DNA from: Macrostomum hystrix
Lineage: Eukaryota; Animalia; Platyhelminthes
DNA length: 64,000 nt
Direction: 5' to 3'
Assembly: GCA_950097015.1 (NCBI GenBank)
Contig: CATNEN010000010.1
Location: 1,736,001-1,800,000, forward strand
Position 1 is the stretch's first letter. Each line of letters starts with the position of its first letter. A model generated the notes under the pieces. The model had not been told where the DNA came from. It did no database searches and was given only the letters and a program-made list of their open reading frames with translations. Positions 47,772-59,637 of this stretch are shown piece by piece. The position numbers were made by a program, and so were the translations under genes.

Positions 47772-48512
47772 ATGTCTGATAATCAAGACAATCTGCCTCT
47801 AAAATCGAAGGCTGTCAGTCCTGACGAATGGAAGGCTCGCTGGGCGGCCGGCGCGACAGGCTTCCACCAGGACACAGTCACGCACGGCTTGGTTGAGTAC
47901 TGGTCGCACGCGGTGTCGCAGCTGCCAGCGGACAAGCGGGCCAGTGTGTCGGTGCTGGTCCCTCTGTGCGGCGCCTCCCGCGACCTGGCGTGGCTGCTGG
48001 ACAGACCCGAGGTGTCGACCGTGGCGGGCATCGAGATCAGCGAGCTGGCATTGCAGCGCCTGCTGTCGGAGAACCCGCAGATTGGTGGGGACGCGTCGCA
48101 TCGTCGATCAGTCGGTCCGGGTGTCGAGTGCTGGGAGAGCCCGGACGGTCGGCTGAAGTTCTACCTCGCAGATCTGTTCTCGGACAGTGTGCTGTCGGAG
48201 CTGAGGTCCAGCTGCCAGCTGGTGTGGGATCGCGCATCTCTGGTTGCCATGGACATCCCGAATCGCGAGAGATACATCAGCCGTCTGAGAGAACTGTGCG
48301 AGCCCCGGCACGCTTGGCTGATGGAGCTGGTCGATTACGACAGCAGCCTGTACGCCGGTCCGCCGCACGCCATCCCGGATGCGTGCGCCCGGAGCCTGTT
48401 TGGCGGTCAGTACCGCGTGGAGCTGCTCGGATCATTGGAGGATCCGCAGAAAGCGGCGAAGTTCAAAGTGCCAGTCTTCAACCAGCCAGTGTACTTTATG
48501 TCAGATCTGTGA
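47772..48512 (+). CDS. TPMT: TPMT-like, copy 4 (246 aa)
   Basis: Same motifs; variant WDRASLVAM. Confidence 0.9.
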   Translation: MSDNQDNLPLKSKAVSPDEWKARWAAGATGFHQDTVTHGLVEYWSHAVSQLPADKRASVSVLVPLCGASRDLAWLLDRPEVSTVAGIEISELALQRLLSENPQIGGDASHRRSVGPGVECWESPDGRLKFYLADLFSDSVLSELRSSCQLVWDRASLVAMDIPNRERYISRLRELCEPRHAWLMELVDYDSSLYAGPPHAIPDACARSLFGGQYRVELLGSLEDPQKAAKFKVPVFNQPVYFMSDL

Positions 48513-49218
48513 ACTGCCGCACTTGAATCGGCGCGTGAAACGCTTTTATCGATTCCTTTAAGGCACAAAATTGTTCTGGCATGGAGTGTAAGATTCATCA
48601 GCGTTTTTGATTCCAGTAGTGAAATTTCAGACAGTGTTTGCATTGCTAATCCACGACTTTCTTGCAAATAAAAGACTGAAACCTTAGCCAGCTTTGGTGC
48701 TATCGCTCACACTAACTCTTATATTGAATCACAACATTATTTCATCTGTTCTTGCATATTTCTTTGACGTTTCCTGTACAAACAGACGAAACACTTGCAC
48801 TGGTAGCCAGCTTAAATATTCCACTATTGTACTAGTCCTCGCATGTTAGAAATCAAGCCATAATAGGCTGATAGCGGGCTTAGCTTAGCAAGATTTTCCT
48901 TCTAAATATAATTGCGTTGACACGAAAATAATATTCTGAATATGCACTTCACATTTTTAATTAGAGCAAAGTCATTTGAGATCATATACGAAGTATGATT
49001 AAAGAAGTAGTGTTATATGTCATTTTTACCTGTAAAATATACAGTCACTAGCGACACGTGAATTAAGAGTCCATTGCTGTGTTTTCTGTCAGCGAAGCAA
49101 CTTTCCGGTATAAGATAATTTTCTCAATACACCAGCGGTCGGCAAGTTTGTTCGATGTGCCTTGCGGGTCAAATAGAGAATCCAAGAAACGACAGCTGAT
49201 TGAATTGAATTGACTGAC

Positions 49219-50496
49219 GAGAAGAGAAGAGATGAGATAGGGCAGAGAAGAGATGAGATAGGGCAGAGAAGAGTTGAGATAGGGCGGAGAAGAGATGAGA
49301 TAGGGCAGAGAAGAGATGAGATAGGGCAGAGAAGAGATTAGATAGGGCAGAGAAGAGATGAGATAGGGCAGAGAAGAGATTAGATAGGGCAGAGAAGAGA
49401 TTAGATAGGGCGGAGAAGAGATGAGATAGGGCAGAGAAGAGATGAGATAGGGCGGAGAAGAGATGAGATAGGGCAGAGAAGAGATTAGATAGGGCAGAGA
49501 AGAGATGAGATAGGGCAGAGAAGAGATGAGATAGGGCAGAGAAGAGATTAGATAGGGCGGAGAAGAGATTAGATAGGGCAGAGAAGAGATGAGATAGGGC
49601 GGAGAAGAGATGAGATAGGGCAGAGAAGAGATGAGATAGGGCAGAGAAGAGATGAGATAGGCCAGAGAAGAGATTAGATAGGCCAGAGAAGAGATTAGAT
49701 AGGGCAGAGAAGAGATTAGATAGGGCAGAGAAGAGATGAGATAGGGCGGAGAAGAGATTAGATAGGGCAGACAAGAGATGAGATAGGGCAGAGAAGAGAT
49801 GAGATAGGGCGGAGAAGAGATGAGATAGGGCAGAGAAGAGATGAGATAGGGCGGAGAAGAGATGAGATAGGGCAGAGAAGAGATGAGATAGGGCGGAGAA
49901 GAGATGAGATAGGGCAGAGAAGAGATTAGATAGGGCAGAGAAGAGATTAGATAGGGCAGAGAAGAGATGAGATAGGGCAGAGAAGAGATGAGATAGGGCG
50001 GAGAAGAGATTAGATAGGGCAGAGAAGAGATGAGATAGGGCAGAGAAGAGATGAGATAGGGCAGAGAAGAGATGAGATAGGGCGGAGAAGAGATTAGATA
50101 GGGCGGAGAAGAGATGAGATAGGGCGGAGAAGAGATGAGATAGGGCAGAGAAGTGATGAGATAGGGCGGAGAAGAGATGAGATAGGGCAGAGAAGAGATG
50201 AGATAGGGCAGAGAAGAGATGAGATAGGCCAGAGAAGAGATTAGATAGGCCAGAGAAGAGATGAGATAGGGCAGAGAAGAGATGAGATAGGCCAGAGAAG
50301 AGATTAGATAGGGCAGAGAAGAGATGAGATAGGGCGGAGAAGAGATGAGATAGGCCAGAGAAGAGATGAGATAGGGCGGAGAAGAGATGAGATAGGGCAG
50401 AGAAGAGATTAGATAGGGCAGAGAAGAGATTAGATAGGGCAGAGAAGAGATGAGATAGGGCGGAGAAGAGATTAGATAGGGCAGAGAAGAGATGAG
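49219..50496. repeat. 21-bp purine-rich minisatellite (~61 copies)
   Basis: Unit gagaagagat(g/t)agataggg(ca/cg); source of the spurious (LFSALSH)n ORF. Confidence 0.96.
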
Positions 50497-50736
50497 AGAG
50501 ATAGTGCGGAGAAGAGACGGAGAGATGAGATTTCGGATGAGATGAAGGCAAATAAGAGACGGAGAGTTAATTGAAGGGTCAGAGTTTGAGTTCAGAGAAG
50601 CAGGGTTTGTTGACCTCTGATAAGCAGTGCAACAGTTATATAGATAAAATACGGTCGTATGTCTGATAACCTGAATTGTGATTTAACAATAGCAAGTCAG
50701 CTTTCTAAGCAAAAGGCTAACGATGACGTCATCGAA

Positions 50737-53700
50737 TTATTTCTCGCCGCGAGCCGCCTCAATCCGTCGCAGAGTGTCCAGGAACAGCCGGCGCCTGTAT
50801 CGATCCCAGTCGGCCTGGCAGCGGTAGTTGCCCTCGAACACCGCCTCCTCCGGGTAGGGCCGGGCCACCTCCCGGACGTCGCGTCGCACCTGCTCGGTGG
50901 CGTGCTGTATAAAGAAGGCCTTGCTAAGCAGGACGCACTCGGCACCATTGCTCACCTGCGTTACATTTGATTGTTTCGGGGTTTTGTCTCACTGCTTCAA
51001 GTCTGTGAAGCCATGTCTTGTCAAGCTCGTCAAAAATTGCAGTCGTTTGTTGCAAATGATGTACATCAAGCTAATGCTTTGGTTTGATTTTCTCTCTCCA
51101 CCCCGTCCGCCGCTGAAACTACGAGATAATATAATTTCCAGCCCTCAAGCTTCCGTTTGGCCCATAGACATATCTTTAACCTGCCATTAACAGAGTCGGG
51201 TAGAGTTCTCGGGGTTAACCCACCGATTCTAAAAACATCATAAGGCCAAAGGGTGACTGGACGGCGAAGGCATTTATGCACAAATGTCTATGGCCGGACC
51301 CCGTCACGCAATGCACACGTGCACGAGTCAAGCACCAATGGAAGAAGAAAACGGGTCGCTTCGTTTCTTGGAAAATTTATTAAAGGCAGATTTTTACTGA
51401 AAAAATAGCGCTAGCGAGATTGGAAATTTTCCTATCTTGAAATATGAAATATGAAATATGAAATCAGCTCATATCGAATTCCCAAACTCACCAGAGCTAC
51501 GCTGGCGCTCGCCTCAATTTCCGGATTGCTTTCGCCTTTGAAGATCACATCGGACAGTCCCTGTGGCGATGCCAGAAGGAAGTAATTGTCTATCTTTATT
51601 GGAATGTACATTAGTTCAATAGAAGCTTCGAGTTCACTGAAATTTATCACCAGGGAAGACAGTAAAGTCTTCATCGAACACAGTGATGCTGGAATCAAGA
51701 CAAAAATCAACAGCGAGAACAAACAGGCAATTCAGTATCCCAATCCACTTCATATTTAAGTACAGTTGAAATTATAGGTACAGCACTTCGCGTCCAATTT
51801 CAAAATTAAAATTTCTGAGAAATCTCCCAATTTTGATTTTCGAACTGCAGAAGACATACCAAACTTCTTAGTGTTGCAAACACTTTGCAATAGGCCATAA
51901 CGCGCCCCAGAGCAGCAAAGCATTTTTTGGGATTAATTTCCGGACTCAGCTGTCCAGCCCCTTTTGTTGCTGCAGTTCCTCTGGAACTTATTAAAACTAC
52001 AATCAAAGAGCTTCAATTGATGCACTTCTAATCCGCGGGAGAAAAAAAAACTCTCAACTCACAAAAACGTCACCGGGCTTCAGTGTGCTGATTTGCACAG
52101 CCACGATGGTCTTCTCCACAGCGATTCCACCGCCGTCAACGCCGCCACCAGGCTCCGTCGCGTTCATCGGCAATCGTCTGCGCAGCTGAGGCCGCTCTGT
52201 CTCGTCCTCATCGGCTGCCTCAGTGACCGTGTGCAGCTGGTGATGCGGCCGCGAAACCTCCAGAACCGTGCCCCTGCCACAGCCGTTCTCGTGTCTAGAA
52301 ACCTGCAGCTGGACCTGATTCGGATGCTGACGCTGTTGCTCCCCGCTACTGGATGCCGCCAAGGAGGCAGCGAAGGTCTGCGGTCTTCTACGCCAGGAGT
52401 CCACCTTGGCCTCTGAGGAATTTATAACAAAGTGGCTTGATCACTGTGGGTGTTTGGTGTCAGCGCTTGCAGCCCAGTGGTTAGAGCTTTGGACTTCTGA
52501 CCGAGATATCGCGAGTTCAAATCTCAGCCGAGGGGAAAAGTGCTTGCGTCCATAAGCAAGACACTGTATTGCACATAGCTTCAGGTCAACAAGTGTAGAG
52601 AGTAATAAATTCATACAGTATGCTTAACGCGCAACCTGAAGCAATATTACGGGAAAATCTAAGCTATAAGTGTTAATATATATTTAGAAATGAGTCATGA
52701 TGATTCGTATGCTATTTTTAGGAATGAGTCATACTGAGTCATGTACTATTTTTAGAAACGATGTCATGTGACTTAAAATATTACAGGAGGATCTATTAGA
52801 GAGACCCTAGAGAGTTTTTAATTGTTTACTTGGGCGCACAATTCTATTGTGAATTCCGAGCTCGAGGAAACCGTCACGTAATCTGATTCGCTCTCGTCCT
52901 TTTCTGGCCAATTGATAAAGTCAAGCGCAACAGACCGGATCGACAAGCAGCTGCTACGAAGACTCCGAAGACAAGAATCTACTGACCCAGAACTCCGAGA
53001 AGACACGGTCGACCAATAAGCGGAAGAACCGCCGGCTTAAGAAGAGGAACCTACTGCAGTCTTACGTGACTTTTGTAAATTCATAGACAATCGTCCCCCA
53101 TTGTTTAGAAGAGGGTGCTTTATGTGCCTGATCAACACACCAAAATCTTCACAAGCTGCACTATGGGTTGCTGCATCAGCTGCAGGGAAATTCGACGGCT
53201 AGTCGATTGACTGGAACTATACGCAGCCTTTGTAAGCGCTTAGTTGTAAATTATTTTATCTATCCTGATGTCCGATCTCAATTTTTCTACGCCAAATAAA
53301 TTAGGTGAAAATTACTGGTGTCAGAAATTGACTTCAAAAGATTAACTCACCAGTCCTGCCCACGTCGCTGCCGAAGCTAACACCGCTGAGCTTGCCCCGG
53401 TCCGTTCCGCCGCCGCCGCCGGCGCCAAAATCTTCGCCGTCACCCGCGCCGCTGTCAGCAGCCAGGTGCAGATTCTTGACCACCCGGCAGGAGCCGGAGC
53501 GCACCACCACCAGGTGCGGATGCGTCTTGCTGTCCGGCGCAATCAGCGCGTTGCGCCGGTAGAAGGTGAGCAGACAGGCTGACGGATTCTGCGTCAGGCG
53601 CTCCAGCGGGAAGCTGCGCATGAAGCCGCAGCCGGCCAGGAACTCCACGTGGCCAGGCAGCAGCCGGCCTGGCTCCGGCTTCGCGAAGATCTCGTTGAAC

Positions 53701-56501
53701 TCCTCGCGACCGATGACGAGCAGCTGGGCGGCGTCCTGGCTGACCACGCTGGCTGTGCGGGCCACCTGGCGCAGCAGGGCCACCTCGCCGAATGACTGAC
53801 CCTGGCAAGTTTGTGGTGAGGACTCGTGTGGTTGTTGGGAAAGCCGAGCGCTTCAATTCCCTGCTCTGTTAGTTTCTGGGCGTAAAACATGTTGCCCTAG
53901 AATTACCGGACCGGACATTTGGTTCCTGTCTAATTCTCTGGTACATCTGTGGATCTCCCCAAGGTTAGCAGACAAAGATCTTAAAATCCTATATTTCAGT
54001 TATGATTTTACTCACTGAATTGTGAAAGGCTCAAGGCCCGGCAGATTCAAGAGGTGAACTCATGCGCTGATTTATTTTGGCTCGCTCAGCAGTCTCAAGG
54101 CGCATCCGAAGGCTGTGTACGGCTGTCCATGGACTGGGGAGACGCCACGCCCACCCTTAAGTACCCCAGCTAATGCTGGTACCCATTTTATAGCTTGGGT
54201 GAACATAGCAATGCAGAGTTAAGTGACTTGCTAAAAGTTAAAAATTGTTCGCGTGAAGTCGGGAATCGAACTCACGACCTTTAAGTCGTGAATCCGAAGA
54301 TCTACTTCTCCTAGCACAGTTCTTTGTTTTTGTACTATTAAGTCTCGAATTGAAGCATTTAAGAGCTAGAGGTGCAACAGAAATGCAGCAGTCAGAGCAG
54401 GCTGCCTACCTGTCCCAGCCTTGCCACAATATTGGTCCGGGTCTCCCCGGTCCGCCGGTCCTCCTGCAGAACACTGACAATGACCCGGCCGCGGATGATA
54501 ATGTAGAAGTTCACTCCGATGTGGCCCTGCCGGATGATGAGCCGGCCGGGCGGCACCGACTGGTAGAAGGCCACGCGAGCCAGCTTCTCCTGGGTGCGCA
54601 GAGGGTACTCATTGAAGGTTGGCAGGCTCTGGAGGCCGTACATCACCGTCTGCACCTGCTCCGGTGTGCGCGCCTGCGGCTCCAGCTGCAGGATGGCCTT
54701 CATTTCACCTGTCAGGTCGATCTGGATTGGGGTGGGGTCGAAGAGATGTCAGTGTCTACCTTGGCGTTTTCACACGGCAGATTTCTGCACTTTTATCAAT
54801 CCGTTTCTCACCTCGCGTTTGGCCCGAAAGTAGGATAGGTCAAAGGTGAGATCCGAGTCTTCCGTGCTGAAGCCCTTCAATGTGTCAACCACTTTCACGC
54901 TTTCATCGTCGCTGTAGTTCTTCCTGTTGGTTAGGCATTTATTTGGGACTTGAGGTTTATTCGACTGGTCTTACAATCCCCTTTTCCGTGAGAAAACTTT
55001 CGCCAAATAATTAAACTTTCGGATGGTATTTTCTCTCCATGGACATCGTTTGTGAGAAAATCGTTTCCATAAGTGCTGTGCTACTGAAGACCGCGATTCG
55101 ATCATTTATTTATCATTTATCTGACTTAATCACCTATAGCCACCTATAGCTACATCAAATGAGTTGTAGCCTAGTATTTTGAACGTCGGACTCACAATTG
55201 AAGGTCGAGGGTTCGATTCCCGACTCCATTGGAACGATTCCCGAGTCCTTTAGCAAGCCACTAACTCAGTGCTGTGATTCAGTTCAGCCAGCTGTTAAAT
55301 GTTATGGTACCAGCTTTAGCTGGGGTCATTGAGGGTGGGTGTGCTGGCCCTCCAGTTCATGGACTCAACAGCCTTCAGATGGCCGCTGCTGTGCTATCGG
55401 CCAGCCTCCATTCCCTCGGTCAGGACTCCCCAAAGCTAGCCGTAAATTTTCGCGCCAAGGTGAACCAAAATAAAGCAGCGCTTGAGTTCACCTCTTAAGC
55501 ATCACGCGAATCCAGCTGACCATGATGACCACCAGGCGAATCGTCTTGCCAAACCTGGCCGCTGCCTGGAAACGAGGGGTTGAGGCGGTGGCCGCAGTGC
55601 GGCTCTCATGGATTAGTGATGTCCGCCCGGCTGTCTTAGGCCCGGCTGCATTGGCAACGGCTGCGCGATTATCCCAGAGATAGTGACAGCGTCAAGTGGG
55701 TCGCTGAGTAGAGAACTCATGGGGCTGCAGTAGGGATGGCGCGGGGGACTCCACCCGTCCTATTTCGTTGAATAATTCAGCGCATGTTGTTTCACGCCCC
55801 CAAACCTCTGCGCAGCTGCTCATTGTCAGACCCGCAGATCATTGCGGCTATTATAACTGGCTCTTAGATTTGAGGAGACTCTCGAGTTCTTAGGATTTCT
55901 AGGAAGATTAGTGAAATTTCTCACGCATTTCTGCAGAAAAGACATAAACAAAAATTTACGAGAAGGCTCGTAAATTGAGCCGGACATTGTTTCATCGAGA
56001 ACATGCATTTCTTCAATATTCCATTGTGAAAACTTCGCAACAGCCATGGTTGAGTAATAAAAAGTGCAATAAAAATTGCGTGGATATCGTGGAGGGACAC
56101 TTGCGATGGCTGCATTTTAGAGTTTTATATGGGTTTACGATTCTCTGCCGCTGCATCTCCCTCAGCTCCCGTCGTGTCAGTCGTCCACCTCCGCCGGCCG
56201 CGTGCTGATCATGACGCTCTTGATGATCGCCAGCCAGATGTTGATGCTGCTGATCGTGGTGCTGGTCGCGCTGGTCGAGGTGGTGGTGCAGAGCGGTGTC
56301 CCGGTGCTGACTCTGGCCGTGTGGGTCAGTGCACGGGAGCAGGGCTGGCAGCGAGCCCCTGGCGGCCCTCCTGCCGCCCAGGTCTATCAGAATCGGCATC
56401 ACCTGCTGCTGCTGCTGCTGCTGCTGCTCCAGAGACAACTTCGAAAGGATGCCAAAGTCACCGTCTGAACGAGAGCTTCGGCTTCGCTGAAGCAGCTCCA
56501 T
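50737..56501 (-). CDS. Cyclic nucleotide-binding domain protein (CNBD2/CRIS-like). Exons 56501-56139 (tentative), 55565-55492, 54923-54812, 54721-54410, 53801-53351, 52412-52063, 51560-51492, 50955-50737
   Basis: LTFDLSYFRAKRE; CNB1 IIRQGHIGVNFYIIIRG..GQSFGEVALLRQVARTASV; split CNB2 ..LKPGDVF|GLSDV..VAL|VSNGAECVLLSK; seven GT-AG junctions keep frame. The first exon is uncertain. Confidence 0.8.
52465..52600 (+). mobile_element. tRNA-derived SINE (intronic)
   Basis: A box cagtggttagagc, B box gagttcaaatc, poorly pairing anticodon arm, then body agcaagacact. Confidence 0.6.
54075..54315 (-). mobile_element. tRNA-derived SINE
   Basis: Reverse strand reads ggtcgtgagttcgattccc..agcaagtcacttaac..taaaatgggtaccagcattagctgggg; homologous to the 55165-55410 copy. 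Confidence 0.7.
55165..55410 (+). mobile_element. tRNA-derived SINE, same family as 54075-54315, opposite orientation
   Basis: ggtcgagggttcgattccc..agcaagccactaac..ggtaccagctttagctgggg..acagccttcagatgg. Confidence 0.7.
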
Positions 56502-58202
56502 GGCTGAGATGTTGGAGCTGGGACAGGGACAGTGCCACTGGTTTTCTCCTCATTAATTTAATGTTAGTCTCAACCAGCTATGTGAGTGGCGCCAGAGTTT
56601 TTGGCCTCCTCGCGTGATTGGCCGACGGAAAAATCCCATTTGAGAGAGGAACTTTTCCCAATCTGTGGATTTCAGCTGGGCTGGAGGAGGGTGGTGCAGC
56701 TCTTCCGGCTCCTGAGCGGGGCTGACAGGCTCCCCATTGTGCGTCGCGCCGGCTGATGGGATAACTTTTTTATTATCAATTTTCTTGACGCAATGCCCAT
56801 TGTGACGCTTGGGAGAAGCGGCAGTTCAGGTAGCAGTTGATGCAGCAGGTGCAACTGGTGATATGCCAGCTGGTGGGCATGTCTGTGAGAAGTTTTGGTT
56901 GAATCCGATATCAAAGACTGTTTAACTAGAAGGTCGCGACACTCGCAAATGGTGGCCGAATACTCGTAGCTGAGGGCAGATTTTTCATCATCAACTTTTG
57001 ATCGTCGGCACGTAGGATGATGATATTTCTCTCACAAGCGCAGACTTAGTTCCACTTTCAGCCAAGCTGTTAATTGTGCTCGTAAGAGAATTTTGGTCGA
57101 AAAATGAGTACAGTAAAACATATACCCCATTTCAGAAACAAAAAATTCAAATTCCATTTCAATAAGACCTGATAGTAGAATGTGGTTAGTCACTTTCTGT
57201 CTCTCTTCTAGTGCCAGGTCCTGCAAGTCCTCGCGGGATGTGTCATGGTCACGTTGTATATTAGAATTTTTCGGGTAAAAAGTGCAAAGTGCCGATCTCG
57301 CTAACACATTTTATCGGCAAAAATATACTCTTACTCTACTATTAGTAGTGGGACATATTTTTAGAACAAGTTGGCACTGATAATTGTGAATTGCTTTGAT
57401 TAACAGACAATGCTCTTGTCTGTGACCTTAGCTAAGTCCACTATTGTGTCGACGACTACAATTGTATTGTATTTTGTATTTTGTAGTAAACTATTGCCAC
57501 TAGACTATTACTAGACTAGACTAGACTATTGTACTAGACTATTGTATTTTGCGGATGAAAGCCATCACTTTGATTCTTTAGGCAAGTCAGCACAAGATTT
57601 GATGGTCCGACTGCCTTCGTCTATAAGTGTTCTGACGAAACATTCAAGGAACTGGGTGTGCTTCAGTGAAAGTAAGTCAAGCAAGTCTTAACACTTGTCT
57701 ATTCTTTAGAAGCAGACTAGTCAAGTCTGTTTGTTGTTGTTTAAAGAAAGAAGTGCAGTCGAGATTCGGTAGGCAGTTGCAAAATGTCACCCTTCAACAG
57801 CAACACGGCCCGTCATAAGGTAGTTCTATTTAGTAGTTAAGCAATGGACAAACACGGACACCGCGAGATCACAAATAGGCTGGGGTGCTGCGTCTGGGCT
57901 AACATTTGACAGGATGAGTCAGTTGTCAATCAGCATTTTTCATCAGCTAGGCCTACCCTAGCGACAAGCATCGGCTTTGAGATTAGCGGCAACCCAGCTG
58001 GTCCATTAGGAAATTCATTGGCGATTGTCAATCACGGCATTCTAATCTGACTACAGGAGCGAAGCTAGAAAATTCGGGCCTGTCAGCAATTTTGAAAACT
58101 TATCTTTTCATCCAGACACTCCTTAGCGAAGACAAAGTACTTTTACAACTGTGGCTAATAGAGGAGGTCATATTGGCTGCACTGTTATGAGGCATGCGGG
58201 TT

Positions 58203-59637
58203 TCAAGCTGTGCTGCCTTTGCCGGGGCAGGTGCTCAAGTGAGCCATCAGGCGGCACGGCCGGTGTTTCCCTTGGCAGCGCGGACACTCCGCCATCGCGC
58301 CGATCGCCACGGACGCTGCCAGACGGTTGTAATTCGCGACTTTGCCTACTGCGTCGGCGGCCGTGACAGGCCGCACTGGCTCGGACGGCCGAAGGCGCCT
58401 TGGCAGGTCGGCGACGCTGGACCGCCACTCGGCCAGGCAGCGCCGCTCGTGACGCGTCGCCGTGGTCGCCGAAGCGTCGCCGGAGGAAGCGTTGCCGCCG
58501 CACACGTAGCAGACGAGCTTCTCGGCCCTGTCTCGATTGCCGCAGGCGCTGCGGTGTGCAGCGATTCGCTCGGGATCAAAGCTCCGCCGGCAAATGTCGC
58601 AGGCCGCGGTCTGAGGAGCGGCGTCATGTTCAGCCTCCGGTCAATTGACCGTTTCCTAGAACGAAACTCAACCACGCTTTGCGTCCCTCTATCAAATCTA
58701 AGTTTGCTTTTCGCAGAAAAAATCTTAATTAAATAATCCGCTACAGCTATGAAGATTGTATGACAAGCTAAAGTCCTTTCTGAAAGGCTGCTTCCCTGCT
58801 GCTCTTTTAAGCCATCTAGTACGCTACAAGTACTTTCCCATTTATAGACCCGTTATTCCACGTACGCTCCAAAAGCACTTAACTCAATTAGGAGATTCAA
58901 TGCGTACTTCTTGAGATATTCGGTACACTTGGTTTAGGATTTCTGAAATTCCTTTTATAGCTAAAATGTTCCGCAGTGCTTAAAAAGTCGAAACCATTGC
59001 ATAGGTCCCATCTAAAATGAGGCAGTAAAATGTATCGATCATGATCCATCGAGTCTGAAAAACCTTGACGAAAATTTTTCCAGTGACGTCGCCTCCGGTC
59101 GACCTCGGCTCCGGCAGCGGACGGCGAAGGAACCACGGCAGCCGGCCGTTCTCCGCCTTCTGCCAGTTCAGACGCTGGCGCTCTATCGACCAGGTCCTCC
59201 TGGGCTTCTTGGCTGTTGCTATTTTCGGCTGCCCCGTGGGATACCCCGGAACTACGGGATTCCCTTTTGTGGAGCTTCTTCGAGCGGAATTTCTCGTTTC
59301 GGGATTCACTGCGACTTTTTTACGTAAAACAACGGAATTCTTCGTTTCTGGATTCTCTACGCCGGAAATCCTGTCCACGCTCGGATTCTCCATGTTGAGA
59401 TTATCCCTGGTTGAGTTCTCCAAATTAGAATTTCTTAGTACGCTATTTCCCACGCCGGGATTCCCAATATTGGGATCCCCCGGACAGGGAATTCCAACAA
59501 AGGGACTCCCCATAGTTGGATTCGCCAGAGCGATGCTTGGTTCCGAAATTCGCCAAGTGGTTTCTCGCAGCTCTCTCGACTGGTTTCGTCGCCTGGGTCG
59601 AATTTCCGCCTCCGAGCCGTTTACCAGCGGGCCGTCG
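58203..59637 (-). CDS. ZNF474-like C2HC zinc-finger protein (5'-partial). Exons 59637-59064, 58610-58203
   Basis: ACDICRRSFDPERIAAHRSAC, LVCYVCG..RHERRCLAEWRSSVADLPRRLRP and MAECPRCQGKHRPCRLMAHLSTCPGK, plus a degenerate repeat NWQKAENGRLPWFLRRPLP, follow the ZNF474 pattern CYICG..HEPQCLKKW..N..LP..LRRP (from memory). Phase-0 junction AAG|GT..CTCAG|ACC. Confidence 0.7.

Noticed and set aside
42464-48512. Horizontal transfer from bacteria as the origin of the TPMT genes
   Set aside because: Lack of introns is common in this genome (ALDH16 too) and base composition matches host exons. Only a phylogeny could support it.
49169-50551. 460-aa (LFSALSH)n ORF, and similar ORFs at 7533-7988, 32854-33670 and 60580-61469
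   Set aside because: Products of stop-free satellite frames. Only the KLEFG frame is kept, as a speculative finding, because of its splice donor.
52465-52545. Functional tRNA gene
   Set aside because: The anticodon and acceptor stems do not pair, and the head runs into a SINE-like body.
52830-53035. Extra exon of the CNBD gene
   Set aside because: It has plausible splice sites, but it is 206 nt long and the flanking exons already join in frame without it. Left unresolved.
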